From: a virus
IMG/VR virus record: IMGVR_UViG_3300045988_045189
Location: 1-43,359 of that record
Strand: one strand, 5' to 3'
DNA length: 43,359 bases
A model generated the notes under the pieces. That model did not search any database, was not told the DNA's origin, and saw nothing but the letters and a program-made list of their open reading frames with translations. Positions 33,989-42,294 of this stretch are shown piece after piece (within the stretch, counting starts at the first letter, position 1; each line of letters opens with the position of its first letter). Both the position numbers and the translations under genes were made by a program.

Positions 33989-35797
33989 ATGATGACGTTC
34001 TATGTATACGGGCAGCGGCTGCGGATGGAGAATACCGTGGTGGCGTCCAACACTATTGACTATCTGGCGGCGCGGTTCGTGTTTCAGACAGAGGACTGGG
34101 ACGGCGCGGCCAAGACGGCAGTGTTTGAAGGAACAGGAAAGACGTACAGCGTGCTGCTGACGGACGACGCGATTTCGCCGGAGGATCATCTGAATCTGGC
34201 GGCGGGCGAGTGGACCGTGCATCTGGTTGGGACAAAGGCCGTGGGCGAGACGACGCAGCGGATCACCACCACGCAGGTGCGGTTCATGGTGGACGAGAGC
34301 GGCGCGGTGTCCGGCGAGGCGCTGCCGGAGGTGCCGGCCAGCTACGGTGAGCAGATACTGGCGCAGGCGCAGGAGGCCCGGAACATTGCCAAGAGCGTCC
34401 GGGACGACGCGGACGCGGGTAAATTCAAGGGTGACAAGGGCGATACCGGCCCCGCTGGACCACAGGGCGCGAAGGGCGACACCGGAGCAAGGGGGCCGAA
34501 GGGCGACACGGGCGCACGGGGTGAAAAAGGCGAAAAGGGTGCAGCTTTCACCTATGCGGACTTCACGACGGCACAGCTGGCGGCGCTGAAGGGCGAGAAA
34601 GGTGACAAGGGTGCACAGGGCGAACAAGGCCCGACAGGCCCACAGGGTGAGACCGGCGCACAAGGCCCCACCGGCCCCAAGGGTGACACCGGCCCAGCTG
34701 GCGACAGCTACACGGTAAAGGGACTGTATGCCACGCTGGCGGCTTTGCAGGCAGCCCACCCTACAGGAAGCGCCGGTGACGCGTGGTTCGTTGGTACGGC
34801 GGACAGCAACACCGTGTATCAGTGGGATGTGGACAAGGCGGCATGGGTGAACGTGGGTGCGCTGAAAGGCCCCAAGGGTGATACTGGCCCTGCCGGTGCA
34901 AAGGGTGATACCGGCGCACAGGGGCCGCAGGGTGATACCGGCCCCCAAGGGCCGCAAGGTGAGACGGGCCCACAGGGGCCTGCTGGCCCGAAGGGAGACC
35001 CCGGTGAGAAGGGCGCGGCGTTCACTTATTCGGATTTCACAGCGACGCAGCTGGCGGCGCTGAAGGGTGAGAAAGGCGACACGGGCCCCGCTGGTGCAGT
35101 TGGTGCGCCCGGTGCAAAAGGTGATACAGGCCCACAAGGCCCCAAGGGCGACACCGGCCCTGCCGGAGCCGATGGCGCTCCCGGCGCGAAGGGCGACACG
35201 GGCGCGCAAGGCCCGAAAGGCGACCCCGGCGAAAAGGGCGACGCCTTTACCTACGCGGACTTCACGGCGGCGCAGCTGGCGGCGCTGAAGGGCGAGAAGG
35301 GCGACAAGGGTGACACCGGCCCGCAGGGCCCCAAGGGCGACGGGGTGGAGGTGTCCGGCAGCAAGGGCCAGTATCTGGCCTTTACCGATACCGACACATT
35401 GGGCGCGGTAAGCCTGCCCAGTGCCAGCACCGGCAGCAAGGGCATTACCTATCTGGTGGACAGCTACGAGCGCACCGACACCGACAAGGCCGTCACGCCA
35501 AAGGCGGTGAACAATGTCTACAAGCTGGTGCAGGACAAGGCCGACAAGTCCGTGTCCGCTGCCGCCACGCTGACGGCGGCGGGGTGGAGCGACGGCGTGC
35601 AGACGCTGGCCGTCTCCGGTGTTACGGCAGCGGCCAACGGCAGCCTGCGCATCGCCCAGAGTGCCACCGACGAGCAGTTCGCCGCGTGGGGCGCGGCGCA
35701 GCCCCGTGTGACGGCACAGGCGGCGGGTTCGCTGACGGTCAAGGCGGTGGGCACCGTGCCCGCCATCAATATTCCGGTGGAGGTGATAATTGTATGA
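33989..35797 (+). CDS. Collagen-like (Gly-X-Y) tail fibre protein
   Basis: Five G-X-Y tracts ([20 protein letters not shown]...) interrupted three times by GAAFTY(A/S)[16 protein letters not shown]. Confidence 0.88.
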   Translation: MMTFYVYGQRLRMENTVVASNTIDYLAARFVFQTEDWDGAAKTAVFEGTGKTYSVLLTDDAISPEDHLNLAAGEWTVHLVGTKAVGETTQRITTTQVRFMVDESGAVSGEALPEVPASYGEQILAQAQEARNIAKSVRDDADAGKFKGDKGDTGPAGPQGAKGDTGARGPKGDTGARGEKGEKGAAFTYADFTTAQLAALKGEKGDKGAQGEQGPTGPQGETGAQGPTGPKGDTGPAGDSYTVKGLYATLAALQAAHPTGSAGDAWFVGTADSNTVYQWDVDKAAWVNVGALKGPKGDTGPAGAKGDTGAQGPQGDTGPQGPQGETGPQGPAGPKGDPGEKGAAFTYSDFTATQLAALKGEKGDTGPAGAVGAPGAKGDTGPQGPKGDTGPAGADGAPGAKGDTGAQGPKGDPGEKGDAFTYADFTAAQLAALKGEKGDKGDTGPQGPKGDGVEVSGSKGQYLAFTDTDTLGAVSLPSASTGSKGITYLVDSYERTDTDKAVTPKAVNNVYKLVQDKADKSVSAAATLTAAGWSDGVQTLAVSGVTAAANGSLRIAQSATDEQFAAWGAAQPRVTAQAAGSLTVKAVGTVPAINIPVEVIIV

Positions 35798-36525
35798 TTC
35801 AGGTAGAAGGTATTTTTTCCGGCGGCGGCGCCATTTCCGCGCCCATCATCGGCGAGGACTTCAACTGGTCGGGCGGTGACGGCACGTATCAGGTGCTGGA
35901 CGATGGCGGCGGCAACTGGCGCATCAAGTTTCTGTCCAGCGGCACGTTCACGCCATTGAAAGACATGGTGATTGATGCATTTTTGGTAGGTGGCGGCGGA
36001 GGAAGAAGCTATGTACTCTGCGGCGGTGGTGGCGCAGGCTACACCACCACCGTGCGGTCTGTGGTGGTGGCGGCCAATACCGCCTATCCCATCGTGGTAG
36101 GCGCGGCGGGCAAAAACATTACTGAAGGTAGTTTGAACGGTACGGATGGTGGCACAACATCGGCGTTTGCCGCATCTGCACTGGGAGGAAAGGGCTCTAA
36201 GAGAGGATATAACACATCCAAGCAGCCGGGCGCAGACGGTGGCTCTGGCGGCGGTGGTCTGAATGTCAGTGGGGTACATGCCAACTACAGTACCGCCGCT
36301 GGTGGTACGGATGGTGGCGACGGTACGACTGCTACAACTGCTGGCGGCAAGGGACAGGGTACCACCACACGAGAATTTGGCGAAGCAGACGGCGACCTGT
36401 ACGCTTCCGGCGGCGGCGATAACCTGACCGCCACCGTACCCAACTCCGGCAATGGCGGCGCTTATAACGTTGAACCTGCCGACGGCATTGTGGTCATCCG
36501 GCAGCACAAGGAGGTGGCGGCATGA
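35794..36525 (+). CDS. Glycine-rich domain tail-fibre-associated protein (243 aa)
   Basis: ATGA coupling. The [20 protein letters not shown]...YPIVVGAAG pattern is typical of phage glycine-rich fibre proteins. Confidence 0.75.
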   Translation: MIQVEGIFSGGGAISAPIIGEDFNWSGGDGTYQVLDDGGGNWRIKFLSSGTFTPLKDMVIDAFLVGGGGGRSYVLCGGGGAGYTTTVRSVVVAANTAYPIVVGAAGKNITEGSLNGTDGGTTSAFAASALGGKGSKRGYNTSKQPGADGGSGGGGLNVSGVHANYSTAAGGTDGGDGTTATTAGGKGQGTTTREFGEADGDLYASGGGDNLTATVPNSGNGGAYNVEPADGIVVIRQHKEVAA

Positions 36526-36758
36526 GATATGCAGTTATCACGGAAGGGACTGTGACCAACGTCATTACTCTGTGGGAAACCAACGCCGGGGATTTCCCCG
36601 GTGCGGTGGCGCTCCATGACCGCCCGGTGGGCATCGGGGACAGTTATCAGGATGGCAAGTTCTACCGGGACGGCGAAGAACTCCTGACCGCCCAGGAAGA
36701 AATTGAGCAGTACAAGGCGGCTTTGCAGACGCTGGGGGTGGTGACGGATGAGAACTGA
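36522..36758 (+). CDS. Hypothetical tail-associated protein (78 aa)
   Basis: ATGA coupling within the fibre module. Confidence 0.65.
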   Translation: MRYAVITEGTVTNVITLWETNAGDFPGAVALHDRPVGIGDSYQDGKFYRDGEELLTAQEEIEQYKAALQTLGVVTDEN

Positions 36759-37155
36759 CATCATGGCGCAGGCCCAGGCCATTCGGGCCAGTATGGATGC
36801 CGCAGCGGTGGTGCTGACGGACGCGCAGGCGGCGGCAGCGCCGCTGCTCTACCGCCCGTGGGACGGCGAGGGGGTGGCCTATGTCGCGGGAGACCGGCGG
36901 CTGTATGGGGGATACGTCTACAAGTGCCTACAGGCCCACACATCGCAGTCAGGCTGGAACCCGGCGGACGCGCCCAGCCTGTGGGCACAGGTGCTGATCC
37001 CCGACCCAGCCGTCATCCCCGCGTGGCAGCAGCCGGACAGCACCAACCCCTACATGACAGGCGACAAGGTGACACACGGCGGCAAAACATGGCGCAGCAC
37101 CTGTGACAACAACGTGTGGGAGCCGGGTGTATATGGATGGGAGGAGGTCACATGA
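36748..37155 (+). CDS. Carbohydrate-binding protein with two CBM5/12-like repeats
   Basis: YVAGDRRLYGGYVYKCLQAHTSQSGWNPADAPSLW and YMTGDKVTHGGKTWRSTCDNNVWEPG match the aromatic CBM5/12 pattern. Confidence 0.65.
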   Translation: MRTDIMAQAQAIRASMDAAAVVLTDAQAAAAPLLYRPWDGEGVAYVAGDRRLYGGYVYKCLQAHTSQSGWNPADAPSLWAQVLIPDPAVIPAWQQPDSTNPYMTGDKVTHGGKTWRSTCDNNVWEPGVYGWEEVT

Positions 37156-37415
37156 CGGAAGCCATCATTGCGGCGGTGCTGGGCCTTGTGGGGACGCTGG
37201 CAGGAAGCTATTTCGCCAACCGCAAGAGCACCGCACTGATCGCCTACCGCCTTGAGCAGCTGGAGCAGAAGGTCAGCAAGCACAACAATCTGGTGGAGCG
37301 CACCTATGCGCTGGAGGAGGCCGTGGCCCTGGCGGAGGAGCGGCAGAAGGTAGCCAATCATCGTATCGACGATTTGGAAAAAGACGTACACAACATTATG
37401 GGACAGGCCAATTAG
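37152..37415 (+). CDS. Membrane-anchored coiled-coil lysis-accessory protein (XhlA-like)
   Basis: N-terminal transmembrane helix (AIIAAVLGLVGTLAGSYF) followed by a coiled coil. Directly upstream of the holin. Confidence 0.55.
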   Translation: MTEAIIAAVLGLVGTLAGSYFANRKSTALIAYRLEQLEQKVSKHNNLVERTYALEEAVALAEERQKVANHRIDDLEKDVHNIMGQAN

Positions 37416-37433
37416 GCCGGAAAGGACTACATC

Positions 37434-37631
37434 ATGAGAAACTGGAAGAACTGGATCAAGGCGGCGGGCATCCGCGCCATCAAGACCGTGGCACAGACCG
37501 CTGTTGCCACCATCGGCACCACCGCCGTCATGGCAGAAGTCAACTGGGTCGCCGTGGGCAGCGCCGCCGTGCTGGCGGGCATCCTGAGCCTGCTGACCTC
37601 TCTGGCGGGCCTGCCTGAGCTGGAGGAGTGA
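37434..37631 (+). CDS. Holin (LL-H / phiLC3-like family)
   Basis: 65 aa, two hydrophobic segments, IRAIKTVAQTAVA motif. Immediately precedes the endolysin. Confidence 0.8.
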   Translation: MRNWKNWIKAAGIRAIKTVAQTAVATIGTTAVMAEVNWVAVGSAAVLAGILSLLTSLAGLPELEE

Positions 37632-37634
37632 GCC

Positions 37635-39050
37635 ATGCGCTACGGCATTGACATTTCGGACGCGCAGGGCGTGTTCGATTGGGATAAAGCCGAGGGTGTT
37701 ACCTTCGCCGTCCTGAAGGGCGGCGGGGGTAACAACGGCCTTTATACCAACAAGCAGTTCCAGCGGAACTATGAGGAGTGCGTCAAGCGCGGCATTGACG
37801 TGGGCTGCTACTGGTTCAGCAAGGCGCTGACCGTGGAACAGGCAGAGCAGGAGGCGGCGTATTTCTTCGACAACTGCCTTGCCGGAAAGAAGTTCACCCT
37901 GCCGGTGTACATGGACGTGGAACACAAGGAGATGCTGGCGCTGGGCAAGGACGCGCTGACGGCCATTGTGCTGGCCTTCTGCGAGGCACTGGAGCAGCGC
38001 GGCGCATGGGTGGGCATCTACTCCTCCCGCGCCATGTTCGAGGGCTATATGCACGACGAGCAGCTTTTCAGGTATGCCCACTGGGTGGCCGAGTGGAACG
38101 AGACGTGCCGTTATGGCCGGGACTTCGGCCTGTGGCAGTTCGGCGGCGAAACCAACAAGCTGCGGGACACCAAGGTGGCCGATGTGGTGTGTGACCAGGA
38201 TTACATGCTGACGGACTACCCCGTGATGCTGGCCATGAACGGGAAGAACGATTTCAGGGAGGTCGAGAAAATGACGGAACAGCAACTGAGACAGAATGTG
38301 GTAGACACGATTCTGGGCTGGGTGGGTCTTAACGAGGCGGACGGCAGCCACAAGAAGATCATCGACATTTATAACAGCCACAAGCCGCTGGCGAGGGGCT
38401 ACGCACTGAAATACACCGACGCATGGTGCGCCGGTACGGTCAGCGCCGTGGCTATCGTCAACAACATCACGGACATTATGCCCACGGAGGTGGGCGTGGG
38501 GAAGATGATCGACCTCTACAAAGCGCTGGGCCGCTGGATGGAGCGGGACGACTACAAACCCCAGATCGGCGATGTGGTGGTGTATGCGTGGAGCGACAAC
38601 GGCGTAGGCGAGTGTACCACCGGCGCGGATCATGTGGGCATCGTCACAAAGGTGTCCGGCACGTCCTTCTGGGTGACGGAGGGTAACTACCGCGACAGCG
38701 TAAAGACGCGGCCCATGCAGGTCAACGGGCGGTACATTCGCGGCTTCGGATTGCCGGACTATGCAAAGGCGGCTACCGGTGTAGCGTCCGCCATGCCGGA
38801 GACCGCCACGGAAGATGTGTTTGTGTCCCCCAAGCTTCGCCAGCTGAAAAAGGGCGTCAAGGATGGCAACGACGTGAAGGCGCTGCAAACGCTGCTGATC
38901 GAGAGCGGCTATTCATGCGGTGCGCGAGGTGCGGACAGAAGCTTCGGCAGCGCCACCGACGCGGCGGTGCGTAAGTACCAGAGTGACCACGGCCTGACCG
39001 CCGACGGTGTGGTCGGCGCGGTGACGTGGGGTAAGCTGCTGGGCGCGTGA
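37635..39050 (+). CDS. Three-domain endolysin: GH25 muramidase + CHAP/NlpC-P60-type cysteine peptidase + PG_binding_1
   Basis: YGIDISDAQGVFDWDK (GH25). DAWCAGTVS...DHVGIV...TEGNY (Cys/His peptidase). C-terminal DVKALQTLL...GSATDAAVRKYQSDHGLTADGVVGAVTWGKL. Confidence 0.9.
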   Translation: MRYGIDISDAQGVFDWDKAEGVTFAVLKGGGGNNGLYTNKQFQRNYEECVKRGIDVGCYWFSKALTVEQAEQEAAYFFDNCLAGKKFTLPVYMDVEHKEMLALGKDALTAIVLAFCEALEQRGAWVGIYSSRAMFEGYMHDEQLFRYAHWVAEWNETCRYGRDFGLWQFGGETNKLRDTKVADVVCDQDYMLTDYPVMLAMNGKNDFREVEKMTEQQLRQNVVDTILGWVGLNEADGSHKKIIDIYNSHKPLARGYALKYTDAWCAGTVSAVAIVNNITDIMPTEVGVGKMIDLYKALGRWMERDDYKPQIGDVVVYAWSDNGVGECTTGADHVGIVTKVSGTSFWVTEGNYRDSVKTRPMQVNGRYIRGFGLPDYAKAATGVASAMPETATEDVFVSPKLRQLKKGVKDGNDVKALQTLLIESGYSCGARGADRSFGSATDAAVRKYQSDHGLTADGVVGAVTWGKLLGA

Positions 39051-39051
39051 C

Positions 39052-39076
39052 TTTGTTAGTAACGTGTTAGCAACCG
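39052..39076 (+). repeat. Arm-type repeat block P: TTT GTTAGTAAC GT GTTAGCAAC CG
   Basis: 24 of 25 nt identical to 39290..39314. Contains two tandem GTTAG(T/C)AAC 9-mers. Confidence 0.85.
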
Positions 39077-39160
39077 AAACAAACCAAGAAAAACTGTGCA
39101 ACTATTTCAAAGTATAAGAGCGCTGTTTTTGGCGATTTGTGCCATTTTGCGTCACTTTGT

Positions 39161-39231
39161 GCTGCGTTTAGAGCGCCTGCATACGCCTTTTAAGCAGGGT
39201 GTCCGGGGTTCGAATCCCCGACGGGGCACCA
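39161..39231 (+). other. attP core: tRNA-Lys(UUU)-like partial copy (D-arm 3' side, anticodon arm with a 6-nt insertion, variable loop, T-arm, acceptor 3' strand, CCA)
   Basis: TAGAGC-G-CCTGC-[ATACGC]-CTTTTAA-GCAGG-GTGTC-CGGGG-TTCGAAT-CCCCG-ACGGGGC-A-CCA. The 5' acceptor and D stem-loop are absent or degenerate. Confidence 0.7.
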
Positions 39232-39269
39232 AAAAAATCCTCGTAACCATGCGGGTTACGAGGATTTTT
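39232..39269. terminator. Bidirectional intrinsic terminator (A6-TCCTCGTAACC ...GGTTACGAGGA-T5)
   Basis: 12-bp core stem plus A/T extensions. Follows the tRNA-like CCA and overlaps the integrase stop codon. Confidence 0.85.
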
Positions 39270-40371
39270 CGTTTTCTGACTTTTTGGCATTTGTTAGTAA
39301 CGTGTTAGTAACCGCGCTTATCAGCGTTTCCGGGTCAAGGTGCGTGTAGACGTTGGCGGTGGTGGAATAATTGGCATGACCGAGGACTTTTTGAAGAATT
39401 TCAGGGGCAAGACCTTCCTTAACTGCGCGGGTGGCGTAAGTGTGCCGCGTGGCATGGGGGGTCTTTTTTTCTATCTTGAGCTTTTCCAGTAGCGGGTAGT
39501 AGTCACGCCGACGGAAGTTGGCGGGAACTTTCTGCCCTTCGTAGCCTGACAGGAGCAGATCGCCATCGGCCTTCTGGGCGAAGTATTCAAAGTACGGCTT
39601 TCCCTCCGGCCTGATGGGAATAATGCGGTTCCGGCCGGCTTCCGTTTTCTCTCCGCCCACCACATAATCCTTGTGGTAGTCTTTCAACGGCAAACTGAAC
39701 AGTTCGCCGATGCGCATGCCGGTGGCAAGGAGCATGAGGACGATCTTGGCGGCATCGCTGCCGTCCTTCTCCAGCTTTTTGATCTCGGCGGCGGTGAAAA
39801 TCTCTTTTTCCTTTTTGACGTTTTCCGGCAGCTTCACAAACCGGGCAAAGTTGGTGGTGCAAATCTCCTCGCGCACGGCCCATGTGGACATCTGGGTGAT
39901 GAGCTGCTTGTATTTGTTCACCGTGGAATGGCTTTTATCCATGTACTTATCAAGGACGGCTTGAAAGTCTGCGGTGCGGAGGCTGCGGAACTTTCGGTCG
40001 TGCAGCGGCTCGAATACGTCATAGGCGCGGTCATAGGATTCAACGCCCTTTTCGCCGATCTCGCGGTAGTGTTCTACCTTCCATTCCTCAAAGACTTCCT
40101 TGAAGGTCATATTATACCGTTCGGTAAGGCTCTTACCGGAGAGCTTTTCCAGTGCCGCCAGCGCGTCGGTTTTCTTTTCATAGTACCCGATGATAACACG
40201 GTTCTTGGAGGCTGCCCACGGCCTTTTGCGGCGGCCTGAGAGCTTATAGACGCTTCCGGCACCGTTGGGACGCTTCAACGCCTTGCGGGGCGCTGCGGTC
40301 TGCTTTTTCCCGCACCACGGGCAAAAGGCAGACGAATCCGGCATTTCCTGTTTGCATGACTTGCAAAGCAT
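39256..40371 (-). CDS. int: Tyrosine integrase with N-terminal zinc ribbon and AP2-like arm-binding domain
   Basis: ATG 40371 follows GGAAAGGA. CKSC...CPWC; GSVYKLSGRRKRPWAA; catalytic ATGMRIGEL, HATRHTYAT, LGHANYSTTANVYTH. Confidence 0.92.
   Translation of the reverse strand: MLCKSCKQEMPDSSAFCPWCGKKQTAAPRKALKRPNGAGSVYKLSGRRKRPWAASKNRVIIGYYEKKTDALAALEKLSGKSLTERYNMTFKEVFEEWKVEHYREIGEKGVESYDRAYDVFEPLHDRKFRSLRTADFQAVLDKYMDKSHSTVNKYKQLITQMSTWAVREEICTTNFARFVKLPENVKKEKEIFTAAEIKKLEKDGSDAAKIVLMLLATGMRIGELFSLPLKDYHKDYVVGGEKTEAGRNRIIPIRPEGKPYFEYFAQKADGDLLLSGYEGQKVPANFRRRDYYPLLEKLKIEKKTPHATRHTYATRAVKEGLAPEILQKVLGHANYSTTANVYTHLDPETLISAVTNTLLTNAKKSENEKSS
39290..39314 (+). repeat. Arm-type repeat block P': TTT GTTAGTAAC GT GTTAGTAAC CG (inside the integrase 3' end)
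   Basis: Direct repeat of 39052..39076. Encodes VTNTLLTN on the minus strand. Confidence 0.85.
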
Positions 40372-40445
40372 TTGACAATCCTTTCCGGGTATGCTACCAT
40401 AAAAGGGTAGACTACTCCCTGTGGTAAGGCGGATATGTTCTACAC

Positions 40446-40488
40446 GACTGCTCCGGTGTGCTAGACCGGGGCAGTCTTTTTTGATTTT
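40446..40488 (+). terminator. Strong plus-strand intrinsic terminator between the NYN gene and int
   Basis: GACTGCTCCGGT gtgctag ACCGGGGCAGTC (12 bp, one G.U) followed by TTTTTTGATTTT. There is no plus-strand gene upstream. Confidence 0.75.
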
Positions 40489-41158
40489 ATGGGCGTTTCG
40501 CGTTGTAGGGATTGCCGCAGCTTCTTCGCCCGTCAATATGCTCCATCAGGGCTTTTTCGGGGCTAATTTCCATTCCCATTGTGTCCAGAATGACATCGAG
40601 CCCTTCGCGGCGGGCGAGTTTTGCGGCGGGGACAAAATCACTGTCTCCCGCAATAAGGACGATTTGATCGACCTGCTTTTTGTAGGCAAGAGATGCAATA
40701 TCGATGCCCAGCTTCATGTCGACGCCTTTTTGCTGAATCGTCGGGACAAAATGCTTTAATTCAAGCGTATCTTTTGTCAATGTGCCGGAACAGATTTTTT
40801 TCACAGCGTCATAGTTTAGCGTATAGACGGCATTAGCAACATCCAGTTCTCCCAGCCGCAGGGCCACCTTACGGCGCTGGCGCAGCTCAGAGAGAAACTT
40901 GGTCATCCATTTGTATTCGGCGGAAGCACGCATATTGACGATTTTCTCGGTGAGCGGATGATACATCTGCTTGTCTACAGGCTGACAGTCATAATAAAAG
41001 AGACGGTATAGCTCGTGTTCTTGCTTGTGTTCCTTCAGGTGCCGCCAACAGTATGTAATGAGGGCGTCGGCGGCTTCTTTGGGCTCATGTTCGCCCCACA
41101 AGTGCTTTGCACGTTTGCGGTAAAAACCGCCGTCAACAAGAATCGCTGTTTTTGACAT
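40487..41158 (-). CDS. NYN-domain (LabA/DUF88-like, PIN-related) putative ribonuclease, 223 aa
   Basis: ATG 41158 follows GGAGAG. Motifs AILVDGGF, QKGVDMKLGIDIASLA and IVLIAGDSDFVPAAKLARREG. Confidence 0.8.
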   Translation of the reverse strand: MSKTAILVDGGFYRKRAKHLWGEHEPKEAADALITYCWRHLKEHKQEHELYRLFYYDCQPVDKQMYHPLTEKIVNMRASAEYKWMTKFLSELRQRRKVALRLGELDVANAVYTLNYDAVKKICSGTLTKDTLELKHFVPTIQQKGVDMKLGIDIASLAYKKQVDQIVLIAGDSDFVPAAKLARREGLDVILDTMGMEISPEKALMEHIDGRRSCGNPYNAKRP

Positions 41159-41279
41159 AGTTCCCACTCTCCGTATAAAATCTAAAGCCCTTAGAACGGG
41201 CACTCCCCTGATCGTGGGGGACCTATTCCAAGGGCTTGTTAGGCACAACAGGCGGAACGGCGGTGCGTTCTTTGTTGTA
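41159..41279 (-). promoter_or_regulatory. Structured ~120-nt 5' leader of the NYN gene (two hairpins; the second is terminator-like)
   Basis: Hairpin 1 spans 41245-41278 (ACAACA..GAACG/CGTTC..TGTTGT). Hairpin 2 spans 41185-41237 (12-bp outer stem AAGCCCTTGGAA/TTCTAAGGGCTT with an inner CCCC/GGGG stem), followed on the RNA by UUUAGAUUUUAU and then the ribosome-binding site. Confidence 0.55.
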
Positions 41280-41285
41280 CGTTAA

Positions 41286-41314
41286 ATAATATGTCCTCGG
41301 GATCAAAAAGTCAA
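41286..41314 (-). promoter_or_regulatory. Near-consensus sigma-A promoter for the NYN gene (TTGACT - 17 nt - TATTAT)
   Basis: Reverse complement of 41309-41314 = TTGACT and of 41286-41291 = TATTAT. Confidence 0.65.
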
Positions 41315-41338
41315 CCCGGTTTTATGATATTTGTACAA

Positions 41339-41371
41339 AATAACGAAACGATATGCCGTTATTCCGTTATT
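41339..41371 (-). terminator. AT-rich inverted repeat AATAACG-N11-CGTTATT plus a second CGTTATT; weak terminator or operator downstream of the XRE gene
   Basis: On the minus strand the hairpin is followed by TTTTGT. Lies 25-60 nt upstream of the NYN promoter. Confidence 0.35.
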
Positions 41372-41406
41372 TGTTTGCGTTTTTTGAAGGTTCTGCCGGA
41401 ATTTAG

Positions 41407-41619
41407 CTAAGGTAAATAGTCCTGAAAGAGGAAATTTGCATCAACTTTCAGCGCGCCGAACAGGGCGCATAGCACCTGCGGCTTTGGGAAGCTGATGCCG
41501 TTTTCATAGTTGGTGATGGCGCTGGGGGTTACGCCCACCAACGCGGCCAACTCCTTGCAGGACATGCCACGCTTTTTCCGGGCCTGTTTGATGCGGTTGC
41601 CGATGCTCATAGTTGTCAC
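41407..41619 (-). CDS. XRE-family HTH protein (70 aa, DNA-binding domain only)
   Basis: IGNRIKQARKKRGMSCKELAALVGVTPSAITNYENG is a canonical XRE helix-turn-helix. Confidence 0.88.
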   Translation of the reverse strand: MTTMSIGNRIKQARKKRGMSCKELAALVGVTPSAITNYENGISFPKPQVLCALFGALKVDANFLFQDYLP

Positions 41620-41861
41620 TCCTCTAGTCCGTAGTCAAAGAGTGTGTCGGTGCACCCGTCTTGGTATCCTTCTAAATACCCTTCGTAGCGCCCGTTTTCT
41701 TCGCCGACCTCAATGCCTTCTTCGTAGCCTTCATTCCAGCCGTCGTTGTAGCCTTCTTCCCGTGCATTGTAGCGAATTGTTTCTATTTCTTCGCGGGTGT
41801 AGCAGCCGGAAAGGGAGAAAAGGACGGCAATGGCGAGGCAAAAGGCAAAAATCTTTTTCAT
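41616..41861 (-). CDS. Small acidic lipoprotein with EGY/NDGW repeats (81 aa)
   Basis: Signal peptide with lipobox LSGC. Repeats EEGYNDGWNEGYEEG..EGYLEGYQDG. Confidence 0.75.
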   Translation of the reverse strand: MKKIFAFCLAIAVLFSLSGCYTREEIETIRYNAREEGYNDGWNEGYEEGIEVGEENGRYEGYLEGYQDGCTDTLFDYGLEE

Positions 41862-41878
41862 ATAGCACTCCGATGCAA

Positions 41879-42280
41879 TTAAGATATGCGGGTGGATGAA
41901 TACTCGCCCTTGATGTAGGAGTTGTAGTATTTACCCATTGAATCGGCGGATATCAGTTCGTCGTAGATATAAGACGGAACGTCGTAAGCGTAGATGGAGC
42001 CGCTGTCCCGAAACTGTACATACAGGACTTCGTTGTCCCAATCGTAGCCGACGGCGGAAAAGCAGGATGAGCGTGGGGTGCTTTCCAGATAATCGTCCGG
42101 ATCAGGTTCGCTGTAGTCATATTCCGGTTCGGTGTAGGTGTATTCTTCCGGTTCATCATAGCCGGTGTCGATAACCGGCGATTTGAAAGATTCCTGGTTG
42201 TTATTGACTTTTGTGCTACCGCAGGCCGTGCACAGTAGTAACAGTAGCATAGCCAGAAGCAATGAAGCACCCTTTTTCAT
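41879..42280 (-). CDS. Lipoprotein with C-terminal KTSC domain (133 aa)
   Basis: Lipobox LCTAC. AVGYDWDNEVLYVQFRDSGSIYAYDVPSYIYDELISADSMGKYYNSYIKGEY fits the KTSC pattern. Confidence 0.75.
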   Translation of the reverse strand: MKKGASLLLAMLLLLLCTACGSTKVNNNQESFKSPVIDTGYDEPEEYTYTEPEYDYSEPDPDDYLESTPRSSCFSAVGYDWDNEVLYVQFRDSGSIYAYDVPSYIYDELISADSMGKYYNSYIKGEYSSTRIS

Positions 42281-42294
42281 TATATCTCCTCTCC

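Noticed and set aside
34432-35345. CRISPR-like or other spacer-repeat array (also considered for 7781..7838)
   Set aside because: The repeats at 34.4-35.3 kb are in-frame collagen Gly-X-Y codons plus a repeated peptide unit. The C5 tracts are 5-6 nt with 3-7-nt gaps. Neither has 25-40-nt repeats alternating with unique spacers, and no cas genes are present.
39161-39231. Possible intact tRNA gene
   Set aside because: Only the T-arm, variable loop, 3' acceptor strand and anticodon arm are recognisable. The anticodon loop would be 13 nt because of an ATACGC insertion. The 5' D stem-loop is missing and the 5' acceptor strand mismatches. It was interpreted as an attP tRNA fragment, not a functional tRNA.
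39096-39308. ORF 39096..39308(+) across attP
   Set aside because: It runs through the tRNA-like fragment and the bidirectional terminator. It has no ribosome-binding site and an implausible translation.
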